Shown: positions 43,731 to 53,852, numbered from the stretch's first letter. The stretch: DNA of 64,000 nucleotides from Gammaproteobacteria bacterium (GCA_029882215.1 JAOULC010000016.1:990-64989), one strand, 5' to 3'. The notes: generated by a model not told the origin, from the letters alone. Program-made: numbers and translations.

Positions 43731-43772
43731 AAAAAAAGCGGCCTCAGAATAATTTCCAAGTCCGCTTTTTTT
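43731..43772 (-). terminator. Probable terminator after pntB
   Basis: AAAAAAAGCGG ... CCGCTTTTTTT inverted repeat about 20 bp past the pntB stop. Confidence 0.65.
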
Positions 43773-43792
43773 ACCGTATCACTGAGCAGTGA

Positions 43793-45193
43793 TTAACCGA
43801 GCGACTTCACACCGGCAACCAGCTCACCAATCATTTTCTGCCCGTCGCCGTATAACATTTGCGTGTTATCGGCATAGAACAGGTGATTTTCAATACCTGA
43901 GAAACCGGCACCGCGACCACGCTTAATAACTATACAGTTTTGTGCACGATCTGCATCCAGAATTGGCATACCGTAAATCGGGCTGTCCGGATTACTGCGG
44001 GCAACCGGGTTAACCACGTCATTGGCACCAATCACCAGCGCCACTTCAGCGCTTGGGAATTCCGGATTAATGTCTTCAAGATCATAAATCTTGTCATAGT
44101 CTATGCCAGCTTCTGCTAACAACACATTCATATGTCCCGGCATACGACCGGCAACAGGGTGAATTGCGTACTTCACCTCAACGCCGCGCGCTTCTAATAC
44201 CTTAGTCAGCTCTGCCAGCTTATGTTGCGCCTGCGCCACAGCCATACCGTAACCCGGAATAATAATAACCTTGCTGGCATACGCCATCATGATTGCCGCA
44301 TCAGGCGCCTGAACTTCTTTCATGCTGCCTTCAACTTCTTCATCTGCTGCGCTGCCATCAGCTGAACCAAAGCTTGAGAATAATATATTAGAAATCGGAC
44401 GGTTCATTGCTTTTGACATTAACTGCGTCAGCAGTGTACCCGATGCTCCAACCACCATACCGGCGATCATCATCGCGGCGTTTTGCAACACAAAACCTTC
44501 AAAGGCCACCGCTAAACCGGTCAAGGCATTAAACAATGAAATAACAACCGGCATATCGGCACCGCCAATTGGCAGTGTAAACATGATGCCGAAGATCAGG
44601 GTCAGCGCAAAGAAGATCAGCAAGTAAGTCGGATTAATGTCACCACTGATCGCCATGATGCCGCCCAGCGCTAACATACCAACAAACAACAACAGATTGA
44701 TCATCATGTGCATGGGCAGACGCATGGTCTTATTGATCAGCCCCTGCAGTTTGGCAAACGCAATTGCAGAGCCAGAGAATGACACCGCACCAATAATTGC
44801 GCCCAATGTTGCCAGCACCAATACAGTTGTACCCGGTGCTGCACCGCCGGCGGCCACTTTCACTAATTCAACCGCCGCAATAGCTGCGGCGGCACCGCCA
44901 CCCATACCGTTGTAGATAGCAATCATCTGCGGCATATCGGTCATTTCTACGCGCTTGGCCGTGACATAGGCAATCGCAGAGCCGACTAAAATAGCCAGCA
45001 CAATCAGGATAACGTTAATGCTGCCGTGACTGTAAACAACCGGGTCACCAAACGTTGCCACGGTTGCGATAACCATAGCAACACCAGCCCAGACAATACC
45101 CTGACGCGCTGTTACCGGAGAACTCATTTGCTTCAAGCCGATGATAAAAACAGCGGCCGAAATGAAATAGACTATTTCGATTAATAGATCCAC
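43793..45193 (-). CDS. pntB: NAD(P) transhydrogenase subunit beta
   Basis: MTDMPQM, GGADMPVVIS, PGYGMAVAQAQH, HPVAGRMPGHMNVLLAEA, GANDVVNP. Confidence 0.97.
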   Translation of the reverse strand: MDLLIEIVYFISAAVFIIGLKQMSSPVTARQGIVWAGVAMVIATVATFGDPVVYSHGSINVILIVLAILVGSAIAYVTAKRVEMTDMPQMIAIYNGMGGGAAAAIAAVELVKVAAGGAAPGTTVLVLATLGAIIGAVSFSGSAIAFAKLQGLINKTMRLPMHMMINLLLFVGMLALGGIMAISGDINPTYLLIFFALTLIFGIMFTLPIGGADMPVVISLFNALTGLAVAFEGFVLQNAAMMIAGMVVGASGTLLTQLMSKAMNRPISNILFSSFGSADGSAADEEVEGSMKEVQAPDAAIMMAYASKVIIIPGYGMAVAQAQHKLAELTKVLEARGVEVKYAIHPVAGRMPGHMNVLLAEAGIDYDKIYDLEDINPEFPSAEVALVIGANDVVNPVARSNPDSPIYGMPILDADRAQNCIVIKRGRGAGFSGIENHLFYADNTQMLYGDGQKMIGELVAGVKSLG

Positions 45194-45196
45194 GAG

Positions 45197-45484
45197 TTAG
45201 TCTCCCTTCTTCGGTTGGAACATTTCAAGCATACGCACAGTGGCAATATAACCACCGACCGCATTACCTGCTGCTAATAAAACAGCGACGAAGCCAATTG
45301 CCATTTCAACCGGCGTTTCTGCGTGACCTAGTGCCACCATTGCACCAACTACCACGATACCGTGAATAAAGTTAGAGCCTGACATTAACGGCGTATGCAA
45401 AATAACAGGTACACGGCTGATGACTTCATAACCGGTAAACGCTGCTAACATAAAAATATAGAGTGCTGTAAAGCCTTCGATCAT
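45197..45484 (-). CDS. pntA: NAD(P) transhydrogenase subunit alpha, membrane part (PntAB)
   Basis: LHTPLMSGSNFIHG; three TM segments; split alpha subunit. Confidence 0.93.
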   Translation of the reverse strand: MIEGFTALYIFMLAAFTGYEVISRVPVILHTPLMSGSNFIHGIVVVGAMVALGHAETPVEMAIGFVAVLLAAGNAVGGYIATVRMLEMFQPKKGD

Positions 45485-46608
45485 GACGGTGTCCCCTTAT
45501 ACATTTCAGCTTTGATTTCGCCTTCATGTGTTAAAACACATTTAGAGATAACATCATCTTCCCAGTTAAATACCAGCTCGGCATCTTCGCTAATAAAAGG
45601 AGAGATTAAATTAAAGATATTTTTTGAATACATTTCGCTGGCATGAACCGGCACCTGACTGGCAACGTTCAGTGGCGCATGTATCGTTACCCTGTCTTCA
45701 AACATGACGGTTTCACCCGGTTTGCTCAGCACACAGTTTCCGCCGCCTTCAGCCGCAAGATCCACCACAACCGAACCCACTTTCATGTTTTCAACCATGG
45801 CCTGGTCAATAATTTTCGGTGAAGGACGCCCGGGTATAGCCGCTGTTGAAACAACCACATCGGCCATTGAAATATGTTTTGCCAGTACATCGCGCTGCTG
45901 CTGTTTTTCATCATCAGTCAGTTCACGGGCATAACCGCCTTCGCCGTCAGCCGATACACCGGTATCAATAAACTTGGCACCTAATGACTCACACTGCTCT
46001 TTAGTCGCAGAACGCACGTCGTAGGCTTCCACTATCGCGCCCAGTCGTTTCGCTGTCGCGATGGCCTGTAAGCCGGCGACACCGGCACCGATAATAACCA
46101 CACGGGCGGGTCGAATCGTACCGGCTGCAGTAGTGAGCATCGGGAAGAAAACACTGGCCAGATCGGCACCCATCAGTACACCTTTATAACCGGCGATGGC
46201 TGCCTGCGAAGACAATGCATCCATAGACTGAGCACGAGAGATACGCGGCACCAGCTCCATTGAAAAAGAAGTGATTTTCTTTTCATTCATCTTTTTCATC
46301 ATGTCGGCATTTTTATGCGGCGCCATAAAACCAACGACAACCGCACCGTCGTTCATTTTATCCAGTTCTTCAAGCGTGGGAGGTGCCACTTTAAAAATCA
46401 TGTCTGCATTTTTGTAAAGCTCGTCAGCACTGGCGACAATCTTCACATCTTCAAACTGCTCATCAGAAAAGTGAGAGCTGATCGCAGCCCCTTTTTCCAT
46501 TGAAATCTCGACACCCATCTTGATCAGACGCTGTGCTATCCCCGGCTCCAGCGCAATACGGCGCTCACCCGGTACAATCTCATTCGGCACTGCCAAACGT
46601 ATCGCCAT
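45481..46608 (-). CDS. pntA: NAD(P) transhydrogenase subunit alpha, soluble dI part (PntAA)
   Basis: GERRIAL, PRISRAQSMDALSSQ, GAGVAGLQAIATA, GGYAREL, VDLAAEGGGNC. Confidence 0.96.
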   Translation of the reverse strand: MAIRLAVPNEIVPGERRIALEPGIAQRLIKMGVEISMEKGAAISSHFSDEQFEDVKIVASADELYKNADMIFKVAPPTLEELDKMNDGAVVVGFMAPHKNADMMKKMNEKKITSFSMELVPRISRAQSMDALSSQAAIAGYKGVLMGADLASVFFPMLTTAAGTIRPARVVIIGAGVAGLQAIATAKRLGAIVEAYDVRSATKEQCESLGAKFIDTGVSADGEGGYARELTDDEKQQQRDVLAKHISMADVVVSTAAIPGRPSPKIIDQAMVENMKVGSVVVDLAAEGGGNCVLSKPGETVMFEDRVTIHAPLNVASQVPVHASEMYSKNIFNLISPFISEDAELVFNWEDDVISKCVLTHEGEIKAEMYKGTPS

Positions 46609-46913
46609 TATCTTTCTCCACTCTTAACGAAGTGTATGTGTTACTTAAACAAAGCCAGTCAGCAGTGTATTATTAACACTGCCGGTAAGCCTACAAAATG
46701 AGGCGTATGTTACAGGAATTGAGACCTTGTTTGAACACAGAGTGTCGTTATATCAGCATAAAAACCCGGCTTTTCAGCTAAAACCGATTGAAATATCTAA
46801 TCGGCATGATCGAATATCGCTATATAGACGAGTTTTCGCTTGAATTACCTCTATCTTGGGATACACTGAGCCCCCAATAACAATAACGACTTTCGCATTC
46901 AACTTAATAAACA

Positions 46914-48020
46914 ATGGCCAAAAAGAAACAACAGCATAAACACGGTATTCAGCAACGATTAGGTATTTTACTGGTCAATCTGGGCACACCAGATGAGCCA
47001 ACGGCCAAATCGGTTCGTAAATACCTTGCACAATTTCTGCGTGATACCCGCGTCATTGAAATACCCCGCCTGATCTGGTGGCCAATTCTATACCTGATTA
47101 TTCTGGTTACCCGGCCTAAAGCAAGCGCAGAAAAGTATAAAAAAATATGGACGGAGCAAGGCTCCCCCTTAATGCATTACAGCCGTCGTCAGGCACAGTT
47201 TGTAGAAAAAGTACTGAGCAATAAATTTAGCGGCCCTATTAATGTCGGTCTGGCCATGACCTATGGCAACCCAAGCATCAAGTCAGAGCTGGAACAAATG
47301 CGTAAATCAGGTGTGCAACGACTGCTGGTTTTACCCCTGTACCCGCAATACTCCGCCACCAGCACAGCCGCTGTCTTTGATCAGGTAACCCGCATCTTCC
47401 GCTCATGGCGCTGGATTCCGGAACTGCGCTTTATCCACAGTTACCACGACCACAAGTTATATATCGACGCTCTGGTAAAAAGCATCAAACTGAACTGGGA
47501 AAAAAACAAACCCGGCGATATTCTGATATTTTCATTCCATGGTATACCACAGCGCAACTTTGAACTGGGTGATCCGTACTTCTGTCAGTGTCATAAAACA
47601 GCCCGCCTTGTGGCTGACCAGCTTGAGCTGCCTGATCATCGCTGGCAGGTAGTCTTTCAGTCACGTTTTGGCCGCACCAAATGGCTGCAGCCTTATTGTG
47701 CTGAGACCATGGCAGAGCTGCCAAAACTCGGGCGCAAAAACATTGATGTTATTTGCCCCGGCTTCGCCTCCGACTGCCTTGAAACGCTTGAAGAAATCAA
47801 TATGGAAAACAAGGAGATCTTCATGCGTGCCGGCGGACAGTCTTTTAACTATATTCCCGCTTTAAATGACAGCCCTGCCCATATGCAGGCTCTGTGCACA
47901 CTCATTTCACAGCATACTTTTGGCTGGCCAGAAACCCTGCAAAGTTACGACGCAGGCAAAGCCGCCGTTGAAGCCAAAGAAAGCCGTGAACATGCCATCG
48001 CTCTGGGTGCGGAAAGATAA
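46914..48020 (+). CDS. hemH: Ferrochelatase
   Basis: LLVNLGTP, LPLYPQYS, FSFHGIP, FQSRFG-WLQPY, DCLETLEEI. Confidence 0.97.
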   Translation: MAKKKQQHKHGIQQRLGILLVNLGTPDEPTAKSVRKYLAQFLRDTRVIEIPRLIWWPILYLIILVTRPKASAEKYKKIWTEQGSPLMHYSRRQAQFVEKVLSNKFSGPINVGLAMTYGNPSIKSELEQMRKSGVQRLLVLPLYPQYSATSTAAVFDQVTRIFRSWRWIPELRFIHSYHDHKLYIDALVKSIKLNWEKNKPGDILIFSFHGIPQRNFELGDPYFCQCHKTARLVADQLELPDHRWQVVFQSRFGRTKWLQPYCAETMAELPKLGRKNIDVICPGFASDCLETLEEINMENKEIFMRAGGQSFNYIPALNDSPAHMQALCTLISQHTFGWPETLQSYDAGKAAVEAKESREHAIALGAER

Positions 48021-48043
48021 GCCATAACGAAATCAATATCACT

Positions 48044-48994
48044 GTGAAAATCAGGCTGAATAAAAACAACCTGAAAACAGCGGTGTTGTATTTCTTCATT
48101 TTTATTTTAATCGTCTTTTTATTCGTCGGTGGTGAGTCGCAACAAAAGCACCGTCTGATTAAAGATATCTGGGACAGCGGTCATCTGATATTATTTGGCC
48201 TGCTAAGCTTTAGCTACTTTTCCCGCCCGCGTGCAGCCAGTCGTACTCTATTCTACAAAATCATTTTCACCACACTGGTTTGTCTGGTCGCCGGTACTGG
48301 CATTGAACTGATTCAGCTGTTCACCCACAGGGAATTTTCTCGCAGCGATATCGTTAATGATCTCATTGGCGGTTATCTCGGCTTGCTCACGCTTTTGCTC
48401 ATTAATAAGCAGTCATCATTAAAAATAAAAGCTGTTGCTTTTCTGTTCCTGATTATTTTTATCGCCCTTGGTTTGAGAAATATGGGTAAACACCTGACAG
48501 ATGAGTTTGTCATGCGTCAGCAGTTTCCGCTTCTGGCCGGTTTTGAAACACAGCTTGAAATGTCTCGCTGGGACAGCAACTTAACCAACATTAAACGTTC
48601 AACCAGATTCGTTAAATCCGGCAATTATTCTCTCAAGGTCGACTTTTTACCCGGACGCTATCCCAACATATCATTAAAACATTTTAAGAATAACTGGTCT
48701 GGCTATCACAAACTGACTTACTCAGTTTATAACCCTTCCCTGCAAAGCCTTAACTTTGAAATGAAAGTGTATGACTACCAGCATACTCGTACCAGTCGAC
48801 GCTATAATGACAGATTTAATCAGTCTGTCACACTGGCTCCGGGCTGGAATACGATTGAAACCCCGCTGCAAGCCATTATCAGCACCCCCAAAAATCGTTC
48901 AATGAATATTCATCAGATAAAAGGCTTCAGTCTGTTTACCGATAAACTGGCACAACCCGTCACTGTTTATATTGATGACATTCATCTTTCATAA
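48044..48994 (+). CDS. VanZ-like membrane domain fused to a periplasmic carbohydrate-binding-like beta-sandwich
   Basis: GHLILFG, IELIQ, R-x-S-x-DIVND in the TM part; C-terminal LAGFE, G-YSLKV, WSGY, PGWNTI, VYIDDIHL. Confidence 0.7.
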   Translation: MKIRLNKNNLKTAVLYFFIFILIVFLFVGGESQQKHRLIKDIWDSGHLILFGLLSFSYFSRPRAASRTLFYKIIFTTLVCLVAGTGIELIQLFTHREFSRSDIVNDLIGGYLGLLTLLLINKQSSLKIKAVAFLFLIIFIALGLRNMGKHLTDEFVMRQQFPLLAGFETQLEMSRWDSNLTNIKRSTRFVKSGNYSLKVDFLPGRYPNISLKHFKNNWSGYHKLTYSVYNPSLQSLNFEMKVYDYQHTRTSRRYNDRFNQSVTLAPGWNTIETPLQAIISTPKNRSMNIHQIKGFSLFTDKLAQPVTVYIDDIHLS

Positions 48995-49015
48995 CCCGGC
49001 TTTTGCACCTGCATA

Positions 49016-49885
49016 TTATTCAAGCAAGCCCCTCATCATAGCCACAGCCTGTGCTTCATAACCGGCACCGAATAAATTGAAATGATTGAGAATATGATAG
49101 AGGTTGTAAATAGTTTTGCGTTTTTCATAACCTGACTCGAGCGGCCATACCTCGGCATAAGCTGTATAAAACTGCTGGCTAAAACCGCCAAACAGTTTTG
49201 TCATAGCGATATCACATTCACGGTCACCGTAATAAAAAGCCGGGTCAAAAATAACCGCTTCACCGCTGCTTAAGGCGGCAAAATTCCCGCTCCATAAATC
49301 CCCGTGCAGCATCGATGCCTGCGGCTGATAACCTGCAAAAAACTCATCAAGGCAGTCACTCAGCCGCTCCCCCTGTTTTAATAATTCACGGCTGCAGGCA
49401 TTTTTTTCAGCCAGCTGCAGCTGAAAACCCAGCCGCTCTGTGCGCCAAAAATCCAGCCAGTCCTTGCTTTGATTATTTTTTTGCTGTGTTGATCCGATCA
49501 CATTAGACCGGTGCCAGCCAAATGTGGCCGCGCTGTTTCTGTGCATAGCCGCCAGTTGTCTGGCAAACACCGTCATATCAGCCGAGCCGGTGAGGTCTAA
49601 AAATTCCAGCACCAGATAACTGTAGTTACCCTCCGTCCCATAGCAAAGTGCCTGTGGTACCCTTACCGTATTAGTGGCGGCCATTTCATTTAATGCCTGT
49701 GCTTCAGTGGCAAACATATCAATCAATGAAGCCGTATTGGTTTTCACAAACCAGTCTTTTTTGCCATCGCTTATTTTATAGGCACTGTTAATACAACCAC
49801 CACCAATCTCCTGTTGCTTAGTGATTTTATACGGGCTTGCAGTATGCTCTGCAATTGCTTTTTCAACCCGGTACCAAAGACTCAT
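49016..49885 (-). CDS. Fructosamine kinase family protein
   Basis: GGGCIN, FVK, LHGDLWSGN, FDPA-YYGDRECD, LYHILNH. Confidence 0.93.
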   Translation of the reverse strand: MSLWYRVEKAIAEHTASPYKITKQQEIGGGCINSAYKISDGKKDWFVKTNTASLIDMFATEAQALNEMAATNTVRVPQALCYGTEGNYSYLVLEFLDLTGSADMTVFARQLAAMHRNSAATFGWHRSNVIGSTQQKNNQSKDWLDFWRTERLGFQLQLAEKNACSRELLKQGERLSDCLDEFFAGYQPQASMLHGDLWSGNFAALSSGEAVIFDPAFYYGDRECDIAMTKLFGGFSQQFYTAYAEVWPLESGYEKRKTIYNLYHILNHFNLFGAGYEAQAVAMMRGLLE

Positions 49886-49955
49886 TCAGTTTCCTTTTGT
49901 TATCAGACTTATTTAATGAGTAGCTTTATTATGCTTATCCGTTATCATTCTACCC

Positions 49956-50372
49956 ATGAGCGGGTTAACTGATCAATTAAATACAGAAGATGTTCATCGT
50001 GTGGTTCAGCATTTTTATCTGCAGGCCCGACAACACCCCGTTATCGGCCATCACTTTGCTGGCATTGATGACTTTCGTTCGCATGAAGAAAAAATAACGG
50101 CCTTCTGGTGGCTGGCGCTGGGCGGAACAGTTGCCGAGCTGGCAAACGGTGCACCGGCTATTGATATGATTAACAAGCACATTGCTCTCGGCATTAATGC
50201 TAAGGATCTTGAACTGTGGCTAGGCTTATTTGAACAGACATTAGACGAAGAGATCCAAAGCACGCTGGCCAGCGCTTGGAAAGTTAAACTGCGAGAGATT
50301 GCAGCGCACTTGAAGAAACTGGCGATAGATAAAGAAGCGGGCGGGATACAGATTAAAGAAGCGGAAAAATAA
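49956..50372 (+). CDS. Group III truncated hemoglobin
   Basis: VV-FY, IG-HF, H-KI-AFW, KH proximal His, WL-LF. Confidence 0.82.
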   Translation: MSGLTDQLNTEDVHRVVQHFYLQARQHPVIGHHFAGIDDFRSHEEKITAFWWLALGGTVAELANGAPAIDMINKHIALGINAKDLELWLGLFEQTLDEEIQSTLASAWKVKLREIAAHLKKLAIDKEAGGIQIKEAEK

Positions 50373-50445
50373 CCGTTTGCCGTTTGCCGTTTGCCGTTTG
50401 CCGTTTGCCGTTTGCCGTTTGCCGTTTGCCGTTTGCCGTTTGCCG
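50373..50445. repeat. Heptamer tandem repeat (CCGTTTG)x10 + CCG
   Basis: Ten exact copies starting immediately after the truncated hemoglobin TAA stop. Confidence 0.97.
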
Positions 50446-50519
50446 GAATTATTGTTCTTTACTGCACACTAGCAAGCGTAAACCGAACACAAGCAAATAT
50501 TGATGTTTATCTGTCTTTT

Positions 50520-50900
50520 TTAATAGAATTTCCGATCTTTACGACGACGCCCGGCCTGCTGCACGATAACGCCTTTAATGGCTGATATACCCTCTATTTC
50601 AACCGTTTCATAAAGATCATTTAACGGCACCAGATACAGCTTGTCATTGTGGATGCGTAACTGGCGAAAGGTGTTTTCACCATTGACTTCGGCCATCACA
50701 TAGCACTCATCCCGCACCACGCCTTCCGGGTCGATAACGATAATGCACTCATGCATAAATTCAGGCTGCATACTGTCGCCCAGCACCTGCAATGCAAAGG
50801 GTGCCGCCGCACTGCAACCACTCGCTTCGCCTTCCGGCCAGCCTTCGCTCGCCGCACTGGCAGAACCGCAACCACCTGATTCGCAACCTGACATATCCAT
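50520..50900 (-). CDS. Stand-alone S24 (LexA/UmuD-like) domain protein with Cys/Gly-rich N-terminus
   Basis: FALQVLGDSMQPEF, IIVIDP, TFRQL, L-PLN-Y, GVIVQ; no HTH. Confidence 0.8.
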   Translation of the reverse strand: MDMSGCESGGCGSASAASEGWPEGEASGCSAAAPFALQVLGDSMQPEFMHECIIVIDPEGVVRDECYVMAEVNGENTFRQLRIHNDKLYLVPLNDLYETVEIEGISAIKGVIVQQAGRRRKDRKFY

Positions 50901-51294
50901 AACCTGTATACGCTATATTAGAAGAAGGAATTATACGCAATAAATAGTCGCTTATCACCCGTCAGAATAAAGGTATTTGTCATTTCGCGAAAAATACCGT
51001 CTGGTTTATACTGCTCTTATAATCAAAAATTTTAATAATCCACCTCCGCTAGCCTCCCCTGAAATGCCATGTTATTGTCGTCAGCGAAAGCCATCACCAG
51101 CCCCTCATGGCTTTCAGAGTAGTGATGAATGTCACCACACTAGCGAACTATTCAGTCGTTTATAACCTCATAAAATATCTCAATTATCCTTTCCCTGTTA
51201 CGTTTCCCATAATGGAGCTGCTTTAAGACCTGATATAGCATCAGGCTGCGGTCAATCTTGTTAAGTAAAGCCTTCAGTCTGGGCTATACCCAAT

Positions 51295-51445
51295 AATGAC
51301 CAATCTGATGACAGTGTTATTTGCCTGTAACAATAACAGGCTAACTGATCATCGGGCCGTGAAAGCATCGGCAAGCACAAATACAACAAAAGGCTGTTTA
51401 AACAGCCTGTTATTCGTAGCGGTAATAGTTACCGCTACTTTTTTT
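51295..51445 (+). ncRNA. Candidate structured sRNA or leader RNA upstream of pfp
   Basis: Nested stems CTGATGA/TCATCGG, CAGT/ACTG, GCCTGT/ACAGGC; GCCG...CGGC hairpin; 18-bp palindrome; ends in a terminator; 5' end is a guess. Confidence 0.45.
51416..51445 (+). terminator. Intrinsic terminator about 140 bp upstream of pfp
   Basis: GTAGCGGTAA-TAG-TTACCGCTAC followed by T7. Confidence 0.8.
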
Positions 51446-51583
51446 AAAAAATATGAATATACAATGATTTAGCATTGATCTGCTACAAGTCGTGCTGAAT
51501 ACACAGTTTTCGATCAGAGCTGCATCTCAGGCAGCCAATATAAAAACTAAGCAGTAAGAACTGCACAGCAATGGAGTTAAACG

Positions 51584-52840
51584 ATGAGTATTAAAAATGC
51601 ATTTTATGCACAGTCCGGTGGTGTAACAGCCGTGATCAACGCCTCAGCCTGCGGCGTTATTGAAACCGCGCGTAAAAACAAAGATAAGATCGGCACAGTT
51701 TACGCGGGTCGTAACGGCATTATTGGCGCCCTGGAAGAAGATTTAATCGATACCGACTTAGAATCAGCAGCCGATATTGCTGCGCTAAAACATACGCCAT
51801 CGGGTGGTTTTGGTTCATGCCGCTTTAAACTCAAAAGCCTGGAAGATAACAAAGCCGAATATGAGCGTTTAATCGAAGTTTTTAAGGCTCATAATATTGG
51901 CTATTTTTTCTATAACGGCGGCGGTGATTCGGCTGACACTTGCTACAAAGTGTCGCAGCTTTCTGAAAAGATGGGTTACCCGGTGCAGGCTATTCATGTA
52001 CCTAAAACAGTTGATAACGATCTGCCTATTACCGATAACTGCCCGGGATTTGGCTCTGTGGCTAAGTACATTGCTGTGTCTGCGCTTGAAGCCTCTTATG
52101 ATGTTCGCTCAATGTGCAAAACTTCCACCAAAATTTTCGTACTGGAAGTCATGGGTCGCCATGCAGGCTGGATTGCAGCGGCCGGTGGTCTAATCGAAGA
52201 CGAAGGCATACCAGTGGTTATTCTGTTCCCTGAAGTAGAATTTAATCAGGAAAAGTTCATGGCCAATGTTAAAGCAAAAGTCGAACAACACGGTTTCTGC
52301 ACGATTGTTGTTTCTGAAGGCACACACTGGCCTGATGGCAAGTTCCTTGCTGAACAGGGCACGCGTGACTCTTTCGGTCATGCTCAGTTAGGCGGTGCCG
52401 CACCGGTTGTTGCTAATCTAATCAAAGAATCTCTGGGCTATAAATTCCACTGGGCTGTTGCCGATTATCTGCAACGTGCCGCACGTCATTTGGCATCGCG
52501 CTCAGATGTTGAGCAGGCTTACGCACTGGGAGAAAAGGCGGTTGAATTTGCGCTGGAAGGAGATAACTCCATCATGCCAACGGTTAACCGCCTGTCTAAC
52601 AACCCTTACACCTGGGAAATTGGCAAAGCACCTTTAGCAGAAGTGGCTAATGTTGAGAAAATGATGCCCATGGATTTCATCACTGATGATGGGTTTGGCA
52701 TTACTCAGGCCTGTAAAGATTATCTGTACCCGCTGATTGAAGGAGAGGCATACCCGCCTTACAAAGCCAATGGCATGCCAGACTACGTGACATTAAAACT
52801 GCAGTCTGTTGGCAAAAAGCTCGAAATCTTTACGGTTTAG
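51584..52840 (+). CDS. pfp: Pyrophosphate-dependent 6-phosphofructokinase
   Basis: QSGGVTAVIN, GGGDS (Asp at the PPi-specificity position), PKTVDND (Lys), EVMGRHAGW. Confidence 0.88.
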   Translation: MSIKNAFYAQSGGVTAVINASACGVIETARKNKDKIGTVYAGRNGIIGALEEDLIDTDLESAADIAALKHTPSGGFGSCRFKLKSLEDNKAEYERLIEVFKAHNIGYFFYNGGGDSADTCYKVSQLSEKMGYPVQAIHVPKTVDNDLPITDNCPGFGSVAKYIAVSALEASYDVRSMCKTSTKIFVLEVMGRHAGWIAAAGGLIEDEGIPVVILFPEVEFNQEKFMANVKAKVEQHGFCTIVVSEGTHWPDGKFLAEQGTRDSFGHAQLGGAAPVVANLIKESLGYKFHWAVADYLQRAARHLASRSDVEQAYALGEKAVEFALEGDNSIMPTVNRLSNNPYTWEIGKAPLAEVANVEKMMPMDFITDDGFGITQACKDYLYPLIEGEAYPPYKANGMPDYVTLKLQSVGKKLEIFTV

Positions 52841-52995
52841 ACCTAAATGGCTCGACTCAATTCGTGTATCAGCAAATGGCGGTCGCTTAGCTGCAGTCGC
52901 TCGATAGCAATACATGGACGCCGGTACAGGCCAGTAAAATGACACTTGACAGTACAAACGGATTAATTGCTATGCACCTTAAGCTCGCTAGCGGG

Positions 52996-53001
52996 TATAA
53001 T
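52996..53001 (+). promoter_or_regulatory. Consensus -10 box (TATAAT) upstream of the adk leader
   Basis: GGGTATAAT followed by a GC-rich discriminator; no good -35 at 17 bp. Confidence 0.45.
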
Positions 53002-53007
53002 CGCTGC

Positions 53008-53184
53008 GCCGCCAAAATGGTGCCTGGTAAAATTAACCGCAATAGCAGCAAGCTTGCTGCCACACGGTTAATTCATAACCAGAACCCTGATGAGCAACGG
53101 CTAATTAAGCCTGCCGTCGAGTTTACGAGTGCTTTTACAATATAATCAAAACAAAAAATCAGACTCAAATGTCTGATTTTTTTT
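53008..53184 (+). ncRNA. Candidate structured leader/attenuator RNA upstream of adk
   Basis: Long irregular hairpin (CTGGT/ACCAG, AATTAACCG/CGGTTAATT, GCAGCA/TGCTGC), second hairpin ACGGC/GCCGT, terminal terminator-like hairpin. Confidence 0.45.
53153..53184 (+). terminator. Terminator-like hairpin immediately before the adk RBS
   Basis: AAAAAATCAGAC-TCAAAT-GTCTGATTTTTTTT; AAGGAG RBS begins about 10 nt downstream. Confidence 0.6.
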
Positions 53185-53186
53185 GA

Positions 53187-53843
<657 letters not shown>

Positions 53844-53852
53844 TACTTGTTT

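Noticed and set aside
43793-46608. Split pntA as a frameshift or pseudogene
   Set aside because: Three-gene PntAA/PntAB/PntB organisation is well known, and the parts are coupled by an ATGA overlap
46816-46826. ModE box (ATCGCTATATA)
   Set aside because: Only one half-site with no matching second arm, and it lies between pntA and hemH rather than at mod genes
50373-50445. Possible CRISPR array
   Set aside because: Contiguous 7-bp units without spacers, and no cas genes in the window
50391-50585. 64-aa ORF MPFAVCRLPFAVCRL...
   Set aside because: It is the translation of the CCGTTTG repeat, has no RBS and overlaps the S24 gene antisense
51305-51372. Hammerhead ribozyme (CTGATGA...GAAA)
   Set aside because: CTGATGA is complementary to TCATCGG and appears to be in a stem; no stem I/III with a cleavage triplet could be built
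52939-53145. 68-aa ORF between pfp and adk
   Set aside because: No RBS or recognisable motif; the region is better explained by RNA structure, though a leader peptide is not excluded
53008-53184. 6S RNA or SRP RNA
   Set aside because: No SRP domain IV (CAGG...GGAA...AGCAG) motif, no end-to-end pairing over the full length as in 6S, and not in the usual gene contexts
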